From the NCBI GenBank assembly GCA_050084985.1, contig JBITNC010000001.1:148800001-148864000 (forward strand): 64,000 bases of DNA, in the 5' to 3' direction. A program made the position numbers and the translations under genes. The DNA is from Nageia nagi (taxonomy: Eukaryota; Plantae; Pinophyta). Below the pieces are notes generated by a model, which saw nothing but the letters and a program-made list of their open reading frames with translations, searched no databases and had not been told where the DNA came from. Below are positions 1-14,500 of the stretch, one piece after another. Numbering within the stretch: the first letter of the stretch is position 1; each line of letters starts with the position of its first letter.

Positions 1-1879
1 ATCTTCAAATGATACATGATGATATTATGTAATTTTTGTTATGGGTTATATACTTTTATTTTACACATACAATTATGAACAAATGTAAATTTCTAAATTA
101 TGTAATGATATGGTTACATTTCCTATTCACCCAAAAAGCAATGATAACTTCACAAACTTGGGAATATATAAATGCTCATATATTGCACAAATGTTCATAA
201 TGAAGGTATAGGGAAAAAAAAATGTAGGCATCAGACAAAGCAAATTTATCTGAAAAGGATTACAAGAGAAGATCATTTATACTTCATGAATTGTAGAAAA
301 ATGTATGTAAATTAATGGGCAAGATAACATCTTTATTTATGGTTCAGTTATGCAACTTGTTGATTAGAGTAACACTCGTAATAATACAAGGTATTTAACA
401 CAATAACTCGATAAGGAACTTTAAAGGACTAATATTCCTATAAACCTTGAGTCTTGAAACAATGCAACATATTCAAAATTTGTAAAGGGTTGAAATGGAA
501 TGGTTCATATAATAATTGATGCATGGAATAAACTAATGTTTTGATCAACAAATTGTTAAAACAAACTTATGAAACCAAGATAATTATAACTATCAATTGA
601 GTAGCCTTTTATCAATACTACATGAATTAAGTAATCATGACCATTCAACCATAAATATGTTATGATCATCTTTGCATGTGAGAGTGTTTCTTTGGGCATC
701 CATTTAAAATGGACCTTTTAGTACCAAGTCTCATCTCTACATTATAAAACAACCTCAAGGTCTTGATAGCTCCTCATCTTAAACTAAATGGTTTTGTAGA
801 AATGAAAGGCAAGTCTCTTGTAAGGCTAAAGGGTAAAGTTACAACTGAGAAAGCCATGTAAAGAGCAAAATATATGATAATCTTATTTGATCAAGTAAAT
901 CTTGGAAAGGAAAAATGAAGCAAATGTTTGTTGACCTATGGTAATATAGAAAGGACAATGTTTGTGGACTTATGGTGGACATAAGGAGGGCATTAATGCC
1001 TTGATGTGGTTATTGGTGGACAATGGTGAAGGATGCCATTGGGATTATCATTGGTGGACGATGATAAGGGCTACAAGTTCACATGTAACTCCCATTAATA
1101 ATTAATGGAGTAAACTTATAATAATTTGTTGTCATGCTTATGTAGGTTGATTGTAGCAACTATCTTTATGCAATTTGTTAGATATGGCTTGCTTTCTTAT
1201 GTACGAATCTTCTTTTCAAAGAGGATTTTTGGATTCATTGCAAAGGTAATTCCCTATTTTGAAAATTAACATCGAGTTTATAGTTACCATTGTATAAATC
1301 ACAAACGACAGAAGAAAAAAATATTAAAGAATCTTGATTCAAGTTCATGAAGATAAGAAATCATCAATCATAAATTATTACAATATTTCTTAAAAATATC
1401 TTAACATTCTTACTTAACCATAAACTCTTAAATAATGTTTGAAGATAATGATATCATTTTTAAAATCATCATAACATTCTTAAAAATCTACCATAATTTG
1501 TAAATACATAAATTCTAATTAATAATAAAAACTAAACAATCATTAAAAAAATTCATAAAATGTATTGAAATTTGTTGAATGCTAGAGGAAAAGGTTCATA
1601 TCTCACCCCTCTAATCATGATCCCAAATCTAATGTAAAATCATAGTCCAAAATCTTATCCAATTCCTTAAGCACTTACAAAACGACATACAAATTGTAGA
1701 TGAAAAAATATCAATTGAAAATAGTTCACCCTTGAAAGATAATTTCGTACGTAACATCCTATCAAAGATAACTTTCTAAGCCCATGAGGCAATTTCACTT
1801 TTCCTTTAATACGGCAGGAATAATTCTTTTAAAATAATGTATTACAAGCTTTCGTAAAGGATGCTTTGTAACCAACAAT

Positions 1880-2230
1880 ACTCGATGTGGACACGTGGCA
1901 ATCTTTTAGAATGGTGCACGTCGCATTCTAGTTGCTCTTCTTAAACTTCCCGCGAACGAGAAAGAGAGGGTCACAACACCCGCGACTAGGTTCTATGAGT
2001 TAAGCACCCATACGACCTCCAGATTCCCCTAGCGCGGCCTTTTTTAATGTCGGCGGGATCAAAACCTCTGCGTCTCCCTTGGCGCTAATAACAAAATGAA
2101 AACGAAACTGGCTTTCTGCCCCGATTCCACTTCTCAACACAAACACAGACAGAAAACTCACAATCGTCTGTGAAAACATTCTTGAATTCAAGCAAAGTAA
2201 TTACAAAACCTAGTCAGAATTGCAGAAAAA
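1880..2230 (+). promoter_or_regulatory. Putative promoter/5'UTR with G-box/ABRE (ACACGTGGC 1891-1899) and E2F-like site (TTCCCGCG 1947-1954)
   Basis: Local CpG enrichment in an otherwise CpG-depleted window, directly upstream of the ATG; motifs read from sequence, function inferred. Confidence 0.5.
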
Positions 2231-2548
2231 ATGGACCAGAAGCTGGCAAAATATTTCATTTTACTCAACGAAGAAGCAGAGTCTGCGCGCAAAGGCGCTT
2301 CTTCGGAGGTTTCAGAAATCGTAAGCGATATCACGACGCGCACAGCGGATTTGGTAGAGGAACGAGACATGGCTTTTGCTGTGGCAGCCGTGTTTGCTGA
2401 AGACTCGGGGATTTTAGCTGCTGTCGAAACCATGCTTCCTGCTCGTGACAAGGCCGCTGTCAAAGCTAAAGAAAGTTGCCTTAATTTTCTCTCGGATTTC
2501 ATAAGGCGGATTGGCGAGCGCGTTTTGCCTTATGCCTCACTGGTCAAG
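2231..2548 (+). CDS. PRKDC: DNA-PKcs exon 1 (MDQKLAKY...YASLVK), phase-0 donor
   Basis: ATG at 2231 in aaaaATGG context within the only CpG-rich stretch; donor AAG|gtatga at 2549. Confidence 0.92.
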
Positions 2549-5500
2549 GTATGAAATTATCACTTCAAATTAAATGTGGAAGCCAAATTTTTTAGTAAGT
2601 TGCTCATTTTTTGCATTTCATGGAAATAATGTTGAACGCTGTAAGAATGGAAATTGGATCGCCTGTTTAAGTAGTTTTTTTTCTCCCTCGATGTTTAGTT
2701 ACGTGAAATCTACACTCACACACACACATATCTGAAAATCTAAGTTTCAGCGCTTAGTTATAAGAAATGTTTCTCTTACTGAGCAAGAATTTTTTTACAC
2801 ATACAAAACAAGTCCTTAAGGATGAAAAAAGCATTCTTGCTGAGTAAGGGCAAGCTGAAACTTTGATTTTCAATAATTTTCTTTGTTGGACACATTACAT
2901 TTTGAAAGCAAAAGGTGAACCTAATTTCTTGTAAGTCATGAAAGACTCAGTTTCGTCAAATAATGTGGCAATTTTGGAAATTAAAATTTAAAAAAACTTG
3001 AATCCGACATTTTGGGGCCTGCACAGGAGTATTGAGTGGATATGTGAAGTTCAAAGTTTTGAGCACAGACGAGGATGGTGTAGATGTGTGGAGTTTTGTG
3101 GCTTCTTGGTCCAACAATGATGTTGTGGGTGCTCATTGGAGTCATCATGGGTTCAAAATTTGGAGCATTCTCTTTGGTGGTATTTGTTCGGCTTACTACC
3201 TGGACGCACTATATTGTGTGGCAGAATTGGAGGAAATAGTGTGGCATCTTCTTTCCTTTTTATTATTGCATCTCATATGTTATGGCAATTGCACATTTAT
3301 GGCAATTCAGAATACGAACTTAGAGAGGGCATAACCTTCTGATCCTAGCTATTTTTGATCTTATTCAAAAACTATCTGGAAATGTTGTTTTAAAATGAAT
3401 ACTTGTTTTAACAAAATTTGGAATGGATCTGAAAATCGTGACTCTGTAGTGGCAAATACGTGGATAGATTTGGAATATTGTGATCGGAACAGATAAATTG
3501 TGAGAATGATGATATCATTAGCTTTCCTTGTAATATCATAGACAGAGGGTAATATCATAGATGGTGAGTCGTGATATTGAACATCAGAGTTTTTTTGTTC
3601 TTTTTTAATTTTCTTTGCGACATAGCAAAATCTGAAAGGTTTTCAGCTACATATCCATTCGTCTTCAAACATAGAACACAAAGGGATACTACACATGCCT
3701 CTTCCAAAACATCCAAGGTTGTTATGAGCCTAAACATGAAAAAAGAATATGCAAACAATAGTTTGTAATATGGACCAAAATTTTAATATCTATGAAGGTG
3801 AAAAATGAATTTACAAATTATATTTTGGATTTAATAAAAATTATGAATGTGTTTCCTATAGAGCGGAGAGAACAGAATTAGAGAACTCTGTTCTAGTACA
3901 AACTGGTGTTTCGAAATGATCCCGTAATCTTTTACACTATCTTAAAGATGTTCAGTCTGCTTCAGAGACAAAAGATCTATAGTTGGATCTCGTAGGAGTA
4001 ATCACATATCCTACCTAGTACAAAACAGAAAAACATTCTAGTACTTAAAACATAGTAGTCAAAAAGAGAACAGGCAGAGTATCCTCCGAGACACTTTCAG
4101 AACATAATCTTTCTTTTTTCTTTGGGACCTCCTAGAGATGGCCCCGAGGATCTGCCTCATGATCTCTCTTCTTGCCATCCTCCATGGCATCTTGTAGCTG
4201 CTTTGCTTATAATAAAGAGAGTTGGGTAGGCTTAGTCCACGACTTTAAGAGACTGTTGCCTTGGGAAGTCCAATGAGGGGTTCTCATGATCACCTTAGGA
4301 ATCCTCCACATGGAGGGGGGACTCCCTTCACCAGAGGCTTGGATAATCTTCCTCTTCAAAGGCAAGGGTGGGTTCAAAGAGTTATCCGAGCATAAATCAA
4401 CATGGGCTTTCAATTTACTTTCCTTAACTTCGCTCTTTTAACCATGCTTTGACACATGCAGGATTGACCCTTTATGTCCTAAGGGCATTCCTCCTTCTGC
4501 GTCCAAGGCTCCTGTCTGTCTTTCTGCTTCATCTGCTTCCACCTGATAGGGCGGTGGGGAGTCCTCCACCAATGCTTTAAAGTCCTCATCATCTCGAACA
4601 TCATCCTCTATCTCCAACATCATCCTCTTATGAGCCTTCCCCCTTGTCTGTCAGGTCCAAAGGATTCTCCATAGTCCAAACCCCAGTGAGATACCTGACT
4701 TCCGCTTCTCCGATGGCACAAAAATGAAGAGAACACACAACAGTCCGTGGTGCCATGGGCTTGCCAAGTTATCCTGCTTAAATTCTCTTACAATCTTCTG
4801 TAAATATTTAAAAAGATAACGGGGGATATTGGGCTCCTCTCCCCACCGAAAGATGTTCAAGATGGCCAAATGGAGGATCCAAATTATCAAGACATCATTA
4901 TCCAATGTGTAATATCCCTATTCTGAAATTTTCAAACTCCAGGGCAAAACATAATATTTGTTTGCAAACAAATTATGATTTGCTACAAATAAAATTCTGA
5001 TCTATACTGCGTTACATAAAATTTACTAAAATACCCAAAACTTGAGCCAAATCAATCGATTTTCATTAGATCTGAAAATATATGTAATACAACTTGTATA
5101 TCTACTCACAATAAACTCAAATCTGAAATTACAATGGTTGATATGGATGGATCTGAACACCAAAAGCTGAAATAGGTCCCCAAATGAGATGTTGGGCTCT
5201 TGGAGCTTCCAATCTGCTGCAAATCTGAAAATCTATACTCAAATTCTGCCAAATCTTCTCCTAGATGCTGGGCGTCCATGTAGCCAAGCTCAACTTGTGA
5301 TTAAACACTAAAATTTTCCCTCACAAATGGGGAATCAAATCACAAACTCCCCCAAATTCTGCAATGAATGCTTAAAGATGCTGAAATAAGCCCTGACTGG
5401 CTGAATATCCACAATGATCAATGAAGTCCAATTGTAAACCCTAGGTAGGTTTACCCTCACAAGACAAGGGTTTTCGTCCTTGGCCTTGAAAACCAAGAGG

Positions 5501-8500
5501 GTTTTCTATGATGTCCCCCTTGTATTATTGTACTTGATTTTGGAATTCTATGATTTCCTTTTTGTAACATACTTATTATTATTATGTTATGTTTTAAGTT
5601 AGGACTTGGGATAGAAGAATTAATGGGTCAGTGGACCCCATTGTGAGCCCCAAGTGGGATGTTCCCCTCCCAAGCATAGATTAGGTGTTTAATTATACTT
5701 GGAGATCCTGATCATGATTGTGGGAATCCCAAGGTCTGTTTACAACTTAGATGGATGGATGAGCACTTGTATACATGCGCTAGCCTTGGGGAGACTCCTA
5801 GACTCCCACGTTGGCCCATGATGACACCTAGACCCCATGCATGGCTCCTTGACCCATGTTGGGCATGTGTGGCACTCCTAGACCTCCATGTTGGCATTCA
5901 TGGCACTCTAGACCCCCACGTTGGCATTTATGGCACTCCAGGCCCCATGTTGGCATGCTTGACCCTTAGGCACCCCACGTTGGGCATTCTGGATCCCCAG
6001 GAGGCTAACGCTAGGATTAAGGAGATGGGTGATGACTCCTAGGTGAGATCCAGACATAGTTGAGTGTATTAAGAGGCATTGGAGCCTTGTAGCTAGATAT
6101 ACTTGATTATTATTATTATCTCTTGATACCGTCCAATGGACACAAGTTGTAGTGGTGCTAAGCAATCCCTTAGGTGCAGCTTCTAGGATGGCTTTCAGGC
6201 TAAGGGATCCTGAAGTCTACGACATTGGTGTAGCACCCTTGCCCATCTGGTGGTATTCAAAGGTTGAGCTTCTACCATTCAATTGGTCATCGGGATCAGA
6301 GGAGGGTTCTTTCGATGGAGAGGAATCAGGTTTCGAGGGAGCAAGACTATCCCATCCGTTCGTCTAGCTAGAGGATATTCGTTGTGCCCCAGTTGGCTCC
6401 TTGGAGGCCAACGTCCAGCTCTGGGAGCTTGGTATTGTATCAGTCTGCTTGTTTAATATCATACATATTGCCAGTGGGCATTTGGATCTTATGCTATATG
6501 GTGTTATTGTCCATTATTGCAACGTTGTGGTTTGATTCCTCATTCTTGCATGTATGAGCTAGATGTTGGCATTGCGAGCTTTTAATAATTAATATTGAAT
6601 GATCTTGGCTAGACGTTGGCATATTTGAGTTGTGAATGCATTGTGTGGATGCCCTAGACTATACGTTATGGTTTTTGTAATCGAATTTGCTGATTTGCAC
6701 TTGAGGTTGTGTTTGGGTCTTTACATTTTCATCCTCATGGTTAAACTCAATTGAATTTTCATCCACAAGAGCAACTGTGTTAGCTATGCATCCAAATACA
6801 AGTGAGAGAAGTAAAATTCAATTCCATCATGCCAATAATGAGCCCTTTTAGCCTTTTATATAGGCAAATGTTATATTTCTTTGTTGTTGTGGCACTTTAT
6901 TAAATCACTTAAGTGACTTACCTTATTACTCCTTAAAATAAAATTAAAAGTAATATTATGTCTCTCATAACACAACATTTCCTCTCACACCACACCTTAG
7001 CCAAAATACCTTTATCACACCAAATCTCCACACCACAAATATATACAATAAAATAATGAAAATGGGGACATTACACAATGTGATGTTCTCCATATCACAG
7101 TGACCATCTTCTTCCACTTGGATGAAAGCAAGTTATGGTTGATGCCTCCTTGTAACCTTTGCAACTTGTCATTTTTTCCCTTGAAAATTTGCAGTGCTTG
7201 GACCAGTGAGTGCTTCTCTTGGATGATCTTGTCTCCCTTTAGGGGAAAGCTTGTAACCTTGGCAAGGAGTGTCATATTGATAGTGAATGAAATCCCTTCA
7301 ACTTTTGCACATCTCTTGCTCCACGAGAGCGCCAGGGGCACAACCAAGGTTTGGTTAGCCACCTGGAATCGATTGAGGAAGCCCATCCATCCGACCTGTT
7401 CCAATCATTCCTTATTATCATTGTCCACCATTAACGCCTTAGGCTCCAAAAAATATGAAACATTTGCCATGCTTGTGCTCTTGAAATTTGTTAGTTGCAA
7501 CAAAGATTGAACTAGGTTAGCAAATAATATCCCCATGGTTTGCTCAAAAACAAGGTTCCACAAGGCATCGGGAACGGGGGAACACTTTAGGAACAAAGAA
7601 TTTGTCTAATTTTACTGGGGAATGGGGGAACGTGTTCCCAAGTACTGGGAATGCCTCCTCCAAGGGGGGATTGTGTTCCCATGAAACCTTACTCAAAAAT
7701 ATTTTATGCGAGTTACTATGACTTCCCCAAACATCTCCGTATCATCATAATCCCAACTTGATCCTCTAAAATCCATTTTACACAGATAACTTCACCACCA
7801 TTGGAAGTCATCAATGTTGAAGCATGCACAAGCCTTACCATCATGTCAGCTAGCACTGTCACAACATCCACCAACAAAAGCCCACATAAAAACATGATTA
7901 AATTTTAAAATAAATGGTCCTTGGGCTTCCGCCCCTTCTTCCATCTCCCAAAAGTTTCCAAAAACACTTGATCTCCACTTCCACATCCCACAAAAGGTAG
8001 TGTATATCATCGCTACCTCCAAGCCATACACGGGATTGTCTAGCGTGGGCTCCCATGGTCCACACCAACTCAAAAGCCAAACACTCTCTGTTCTAGCACT
8101 GTTAACACATAAAAGAACCATCAATATAGCCAAAGTGAACTCAGGAAATCCATCTAAGTACAAAATAGGCCTAGAAATGATTACACTTAGCTTTCTTATA
8201 GTGGAACAGGCTAGGAGAGGAGAAAGTTTACAGATAGTTATCTTCCTTGACGACTAATCAATCATTCTTAATCCATTTCTTTAACAAAATGTATAAAATC
8301 CGAAGTCCTAATCAAATCCTAACTGAACTCCTAACTAAATGCTGACTGTCCTTTACTTTAGGAGTTTATTTTGCTAATTTAACTATATCCATGAAGTCCT
8401 AACTGAATGTGCAACTAAATGCTAGTTATTGTTCATAGGAAGTGAATGCGGACTTAGTGTTAACTGATTTCGACTATCACATTTTGGTGTAAAGAATATT

Positions 8501-11500
8501 TAAAGGAGAACAATACAATTCATAACCATTATGAGAGAAAATGGCATTTTTGACGTTATTCCTAGATCATTAATACTTAAGCCAATGGTAATGAATGTCA
8601 TCATATTTAACCCAATTTTATAGGTGTAATAGGAATAGTAAGAGGAAATGTGTAATAGGCTTCGAATTGGTGTATCTCTTGTAAACAAATAGATGATAGA
8701 ACAATTAGTGGATATGACTTTTTGATATTATTCTTAAATTGTTAATATTATAAAGATGGTCATGGATGTTACTAGCTGAGGTATCTTAAATATATATCTA
8801 CAAAACGTCAAGAGGTATCAATTTTGTGGTGCCTGCCGTGCATATCATACCACAAAGAAATAATATAGGCACTTTGAGATTGATACCTCTCAACGTTTTG
8901 TAATTATATATATTTAAGATATGTAAGCTAGTGGGTAAATCAAGGTTAAGTGAATTTATCTAAATTACCACTATCGTCTATACACATTGTTCTAAGTAGG
9001 TCCATCTAGATGAACTCAAAATCAAATTTGTGAAACCTTTATAAAGCATACTCAAATGCTCATTTTAGATACGAGGAAATTTTTTAGGAATTATCATTGT
9101 ATTACAATATCATCTTCTATCATTGTGGTAAGATTGTCAAAAACATTAGAAGGGTCAAAAGTCTATAATGTGAGCCGAATCAAGAGCTTGCACTAGAATG
9201 TTCAATGTTATGGAATCTAGTCCCGAAACATAGAATGTTATGGCACTTAGTCCTAGAACATGCATTGTTTTGGCATCCTAGGCCTAAAACATGGACATTC
9301 TAGTGTTAAGCCTTAATAGTGTTCGTGGTTGAATGAGTTTGTTCTGAAATGTTTGCGCACGTGCCCTAGCATTATTTTGGGCATAATCATCTTCAAGATT
9401 CATTTTTAGAATTATCATTTTTAGGATCATCTTCAAAATCATTATTTCAGAATTATCATTCCAAACTTAGAATCATTAGTCATTTGGTTGTAGTTAGGGC
9501 TCACCCTCCAAAATCACTATTTGTTTGGCAGCTAAGCCTTCAATCCTCCACCTTCAAAACAAGTCTTATGTGTATCGTCTCTTGTGAATTTTCATGATTC
9601 TAATTGCTATATCCTATATTGCATATTGTTGTTACTCTATATTCATTCCATAGACATAATGTGCATGTGTTCATACATTGTTCATTATCTTTGTATCTAC
9701 AATGAGAAATAAAGATGCTCCAAATATGGACTCAACTGTGTTTGGAAAATGTCGATTAGTTAGTTAATTTCTTTCGAATTGGTGGACCTGACTGAAGATG
9801 CTAAGTTAACATCCGTGATCAACTTACTCCACTTAGAGTCTCATCCAGAAGCCACATCGGATGAGGTACAAAGAACAATGATTAGTTGATGACGATGACA
9901 TATGCTAATAACATCATTGGAGGAGATTAGGGGTACGACGAAGTATCATATCCACAACACTCCCATCTCCTCTAATGAATCTAACTCGTGACATGATAGT
10001 TTGGCATGAGAAACTTAAAGACTCACACATAAATTTAGACAGTGAAACAAAAGGTGACACATGTTATACCCATCAACCCTTGATATTAGCCATCACGAGT
10101 TGGAGAGAAATGCTGAATCTTCATGCAATAGGAAAGTTGTGTAGAGCAAAGCCGAGTAGCCATGAAGAACTTAGGCAAGATAGGGTATGCTAGAAGCTTT
10201 TCAAGAAGGGTGGCTTGAAACACTTCTTACGCCATTGCAGGGGTTGTGACCCAAGTGTCTTTGATAAGATTGTTGACGGGTGGAGAGGAAGCTTTGCTTT
10301 GATAGTGTATGTGAGGGTAGACCTGTCAAAAGAAGCGATAGCCGTTGCTCACAAGATGAGCCTGAATGGGGGGTTGTTCAAAAGACACACAAAAGTAACA
10401 GACAAAGAAATCGAGGACTTGTATGGCCTTGGTGAGACCATGGTGAAATCCAAAATTGGAATTGATAGGATGGTGTTGGCAGAATCGGGGGACAAAATGG
10501 CATATTGGGTGATCAAATACTTCACCTTAGATAGTCGATGTTTGGTCATTTTTGGACCTCACTTGGTTTTACTGAGCCATTTCAGATCAGATGGGGGGGG
10601 ATTTTAAATTGTGCATACCCTTCTTCCTCGTCGACTCTCTCAAAACTTGAATTGAGAAGGTGAAAAATGGGGAAGAGGATGAGGTGTGACACCAGGGGTT
10701 AATCACCTACATGTATCAATAGGCCTTGTTGGAGCAACCGGAAGCCCCCATGTCAATGGAGGAACCTGCAACTCAAGCAACAAAACAAAAGAAAAAAGAG
10801 AAAGAAGATTCAAAGAAGAAAGGAGGCATGCAAAAAGGAAAGTCTAAAGAGAACTTGGTTGAATACACTCCCCCAAGCAAGAAGTACCAACTTTCCCAGC
10901 TTGGAGGATCAACCAAGCTAGGAGCACACCGAATGCAGACAAGGGCATCTGCCAAAAAGGTGATATTTAGAACCCTCCACCCAAACTCCCCACTAAAGTG
11001 CTGATTGATGTCAGGAAGGAACAATTGGGAGAGGGAAGTACCCTTGTAATTGAGGAATCTCTCGAGTCCGCCATAGATGAAGCTGAAACATAGTTGACTG
11101 CACCCCTTAGAAGGGAAAAACCCTTGTTGATAAGCCGGCCCCTAGGAAGGAGGACATGGGAACAAAAGGGAAAACCCCTCCCATTGAAGCATCACCCCCA
11201 CTGGGGTAGAGAGGAAAGGAACATATAAGGAATGCATCCAAAAGATGGGTAAAGCCAAAGATTAGGCACAGTCCACCCCCCCTCAAGTATTCGCTAGGAT
11301 ACTTAACAAAGCCAAATGTGATACAATCCCCACCCCTGTTTCTGTGGAAGCAATTGCCACCCCGAATCAAACGGTGGAGAAGAAAATTACAGAAGCCTTT
11401 CCTATTGCATGGGTTAAGGATGAAACCATGTATGCCACAATGAGTCATGCACCCCTGAATCCTGAAGACGAGTTCTTTGTGGCAGCAAGGAACAAATGGT

Positions 11501-14500
11501 GAAGAATTGTCAAAGAGGCGGCAAAACAGTTGGAATAGATGGACAAGGTCATCAAAAGGAAGCTGTGAAGAATCGATTGCAGTAGTACCTACTAACTAGT
11601 ATGCTTGGTAGTAATAGGAAGAAATATAGGTAGCTATAATCTCTGTTTTAGATGGTGAATAGGAAACATGTAATGAAAACAGTTCTAGTTGTGTTTTGAT
11701 TGCAGTTTCAATGACTTGTATCTACTTACAGGTATAGCTGGGTAGCCAGTTTCAATAGAAACCAATTTTGTGACTGGTTTTGGGATCCAACAAAAACCTG
11801 CTGCTTTTTTGTTAATATAATTTACCTATTAGCAAAAAACTACCCTTAGTTATGGAAAAGCCTTTTTATGTAGGCCAAAGACAAGCAAAATTATTATGCC
11901 ACATTGTCAATAATTCACCACTTTTATTACATTGGATAAGATTTTCAGATAGAAAGGCAAAAAGTGGGAAGCAACAAAGGTTTTGTCAACTGTTAACAAA
12001 TTTTAGGGATGCCAAACCAACAATTGAAGATTGGCAATTGTTGATGAGTGGAACTAATGTCTCGTTGGATATAAATACAAGGATTTTGATGAATTTATTC
12101 ATTTATTCTAAACAAATGACAGTGTTCATAATCATATTAGAAGAAATAATATGGATTGAAAGAACCTATTACATGTAGCATTGTAACTAGGGCATGGAGC
12201 TATAATCATGGAGGAGGTGATGATGAACAATTAGAAGTTGAGTTATGATTGCTATGGGTTCAACTTCTAGCTTATGGATAGAATCTTGAGTGGTGAATGG
12301 TGTACTTGGATATATTCAAACATTTTCAATAAACTAGGATCAAAATCTCTAGAGCCTTCAACAAATGTAATGCTTGAATTTGATAAATATTCAAAATTAT
12401 ATTTGCATGAATTATTTTTGAATGCTATAGAACCTATTGAAAGGGGTTGAACAAGACAATTCGGGTATGACAGCATGCAAGTCACAAGATTTAACTTTCA
12501 ACAAGGCAACAATAGATATAGGCTCCATATAAAACAAGCTTTAACTTTTGTGGAAATAAAAGGTGACAAGTTATTAGATAGTTTGAAAATTTCACCTCCA
12601 CTCACTTGCGATCGATATGAAAATTTAAAATCTGGAAAAGGAGTTGCAAGAAGGAAGGATAAGGAAAGATAGACCTAAAATTTTAGAGTATTAATAATGG
12701 GCATTGAAAATTTCATGGATCAAATGCACTTTCCAAGAGTGGTATTACTCAAATAACTATTTTCTGAAGTTTACATATAATGTTTAATAATTAATAATGA
12801 TATGTTAATCTTTTACTTTTTTTAAGATCTTGGGAAATTAAAAAAAAATTGTTATTTTTGTGTACTCTAATATAGTTTGTTTGTTTTGGAAGTAAATCGT
12901 ATAAAAATTATTTAATTCTAGATACATGATATAAAGGAAGAATACATTCTTGAATTACTAAAAATTAGAATAAAAGTTAGGTCTGCAATTGCTATTAAGA
13001 TAGATATCTAATGCATATATGTTAAAAACATAAATGCCAGGACGTATCAATCTCGATCCAATATAGTGGGTAAACACCTCTTGTATAGTTTACAGTTTAC
13101 ACATGATTCTTATCTCTTCTTCAAATGAGGTGGAAGCTTTGATATTAAAACCATGTTAAAAGTTTAGGTGAGGTACTAAGGACGAATGCAATAATTCAAG
13201 TCTGTTTAATGCTCTTGAATTCATATTTTGATTTTTTTGTTGATCCTCAACTGTGAGACCACTCTTTTCCACAAAATTATGTTCACCTTCTTTTCTTTTG
13301 TTGAAGTTTTTTTCTTGGGAATTGTTATCAAGTCATTTTCTTGGCCCTGTTGCATGTTGATTTTACCTCGTTTAGTTCATCAAAGCCCTGTGCTAAATTT
13401 TGAGACGTGATTTTTATTTGAACTTAAAAAGTTGATTGTTGTTTTTGGACAGGTTAAATGCATTGGTATTTTCAGGAGAGAAGATTCAAGGACAGTGCAA
13501 GCTGCTGCACTGAATCCATTGCTCACAATAATGGAATTAAGCCTGCAGGAGAGTATAGCTCTTGACTTTTCACTGGATTGGACATGTGTAGAGATGTTGC
13601 TGATGGAGTATAGGAAAGCAAGGACGTCTGGCACATGTATTTATATTCTTTTCATATGCACAAATACTTAAGAATATCATGACATTGAAATTTAATTTAA
13701 AAGAAGAAACAAAAGAGGTTCTTTTTTCTTGTTCCCATGTATCAGTAGGCATAAAACAAACTTTTATCAGATCCTCTGGCTTTTGTTAGACATGGACATC
13801 AATTGCATGATTGTGGCACATTGGGAAACTAAGCTTGACTTTCTTTCTTTGCATGATAAAATGAATTGCATCATAAGCTCCATCTGAAATATAATGTTTA
13901 GACATGCCTATATGATATAAGATAACATTAGGTTTAACTTGCCTTCTTTCTAACATAATCTATCTCTTCCATATTTTATATGCTTCATTATCTACCTACT
14001 TAAACAAACCTGCTATTTAAATCATTATCTGACTTCCATTTGCACATACATTGGTTAATGTTCAAGTTCATTAACGACATCATTATTTATTTCTTCCCTT
14101 AAAAAGATTTGGTCTGTAGGTACAGCCAACCCAACCAGAAATTTTTTGTTATCTACTTTATTGCCAGTAAACATTTAATGTTATTTATATGTTTGAAGCT
14201 CTCAGCTAGCTACATGTCCCTTCACAAAGTAAAACCTGTAAATTTGATCAGTGTCTTTGTTTCCTTGAAAAAATTGTTCATCTTGTGAATGAATTTATTT
14301 ATTTTTCCTGTAGTGAGGGCACACATTTTGATGGTAATTGGCTATGGGGTTGAAAAGTTTCCTAAGTTGTTTCAAGAAGAGAATTTGGACATCATCGTGA
14401 ACCTATGCCTTGATGCTTTGGAGGAGGAACTTCATCGAACAGGAAATAATCCAGTTTATGTGCTGGTCACAGGAGCCATTAAGTGTTTGGATTCGTTACT

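Larger units (their letters stand above)
4100..7480 (-). pseudogene. Degenerate retroelement accessory ORF (family F copy 1), split by solo LTR C1; pieces ~7480-7076 and 4907-~4100
   Basis: Pieces GWMGFLNRF...KWKKMVTVIWR and LDNDV..LHLAILNIFRW..PRYLFKYL..WHHGLL rejoin across the CAATG TSD; homologous to the 10120-11840 copy. Confidence 0.6.

Noticed and set aside
300-1100. Possible decayed transposon coding sequence upstream of the gene
   Set aside because: No ORF, termini or recognisable motif.
2188-2502. 104-aa minus-strand ORF and 2170-2400 plus-strand ORF
   Set aside because: Shadow frames of GC-richer exon 1; no independent support.
3027-3334. 100-aa ORF or possible extra exon in intron 1
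   Set aside because: No DNA-PKcs similarity; exon 1 joins exon 2 without an alignment gap; the phase-0 frame after the cag acceptor hits a stop at once.
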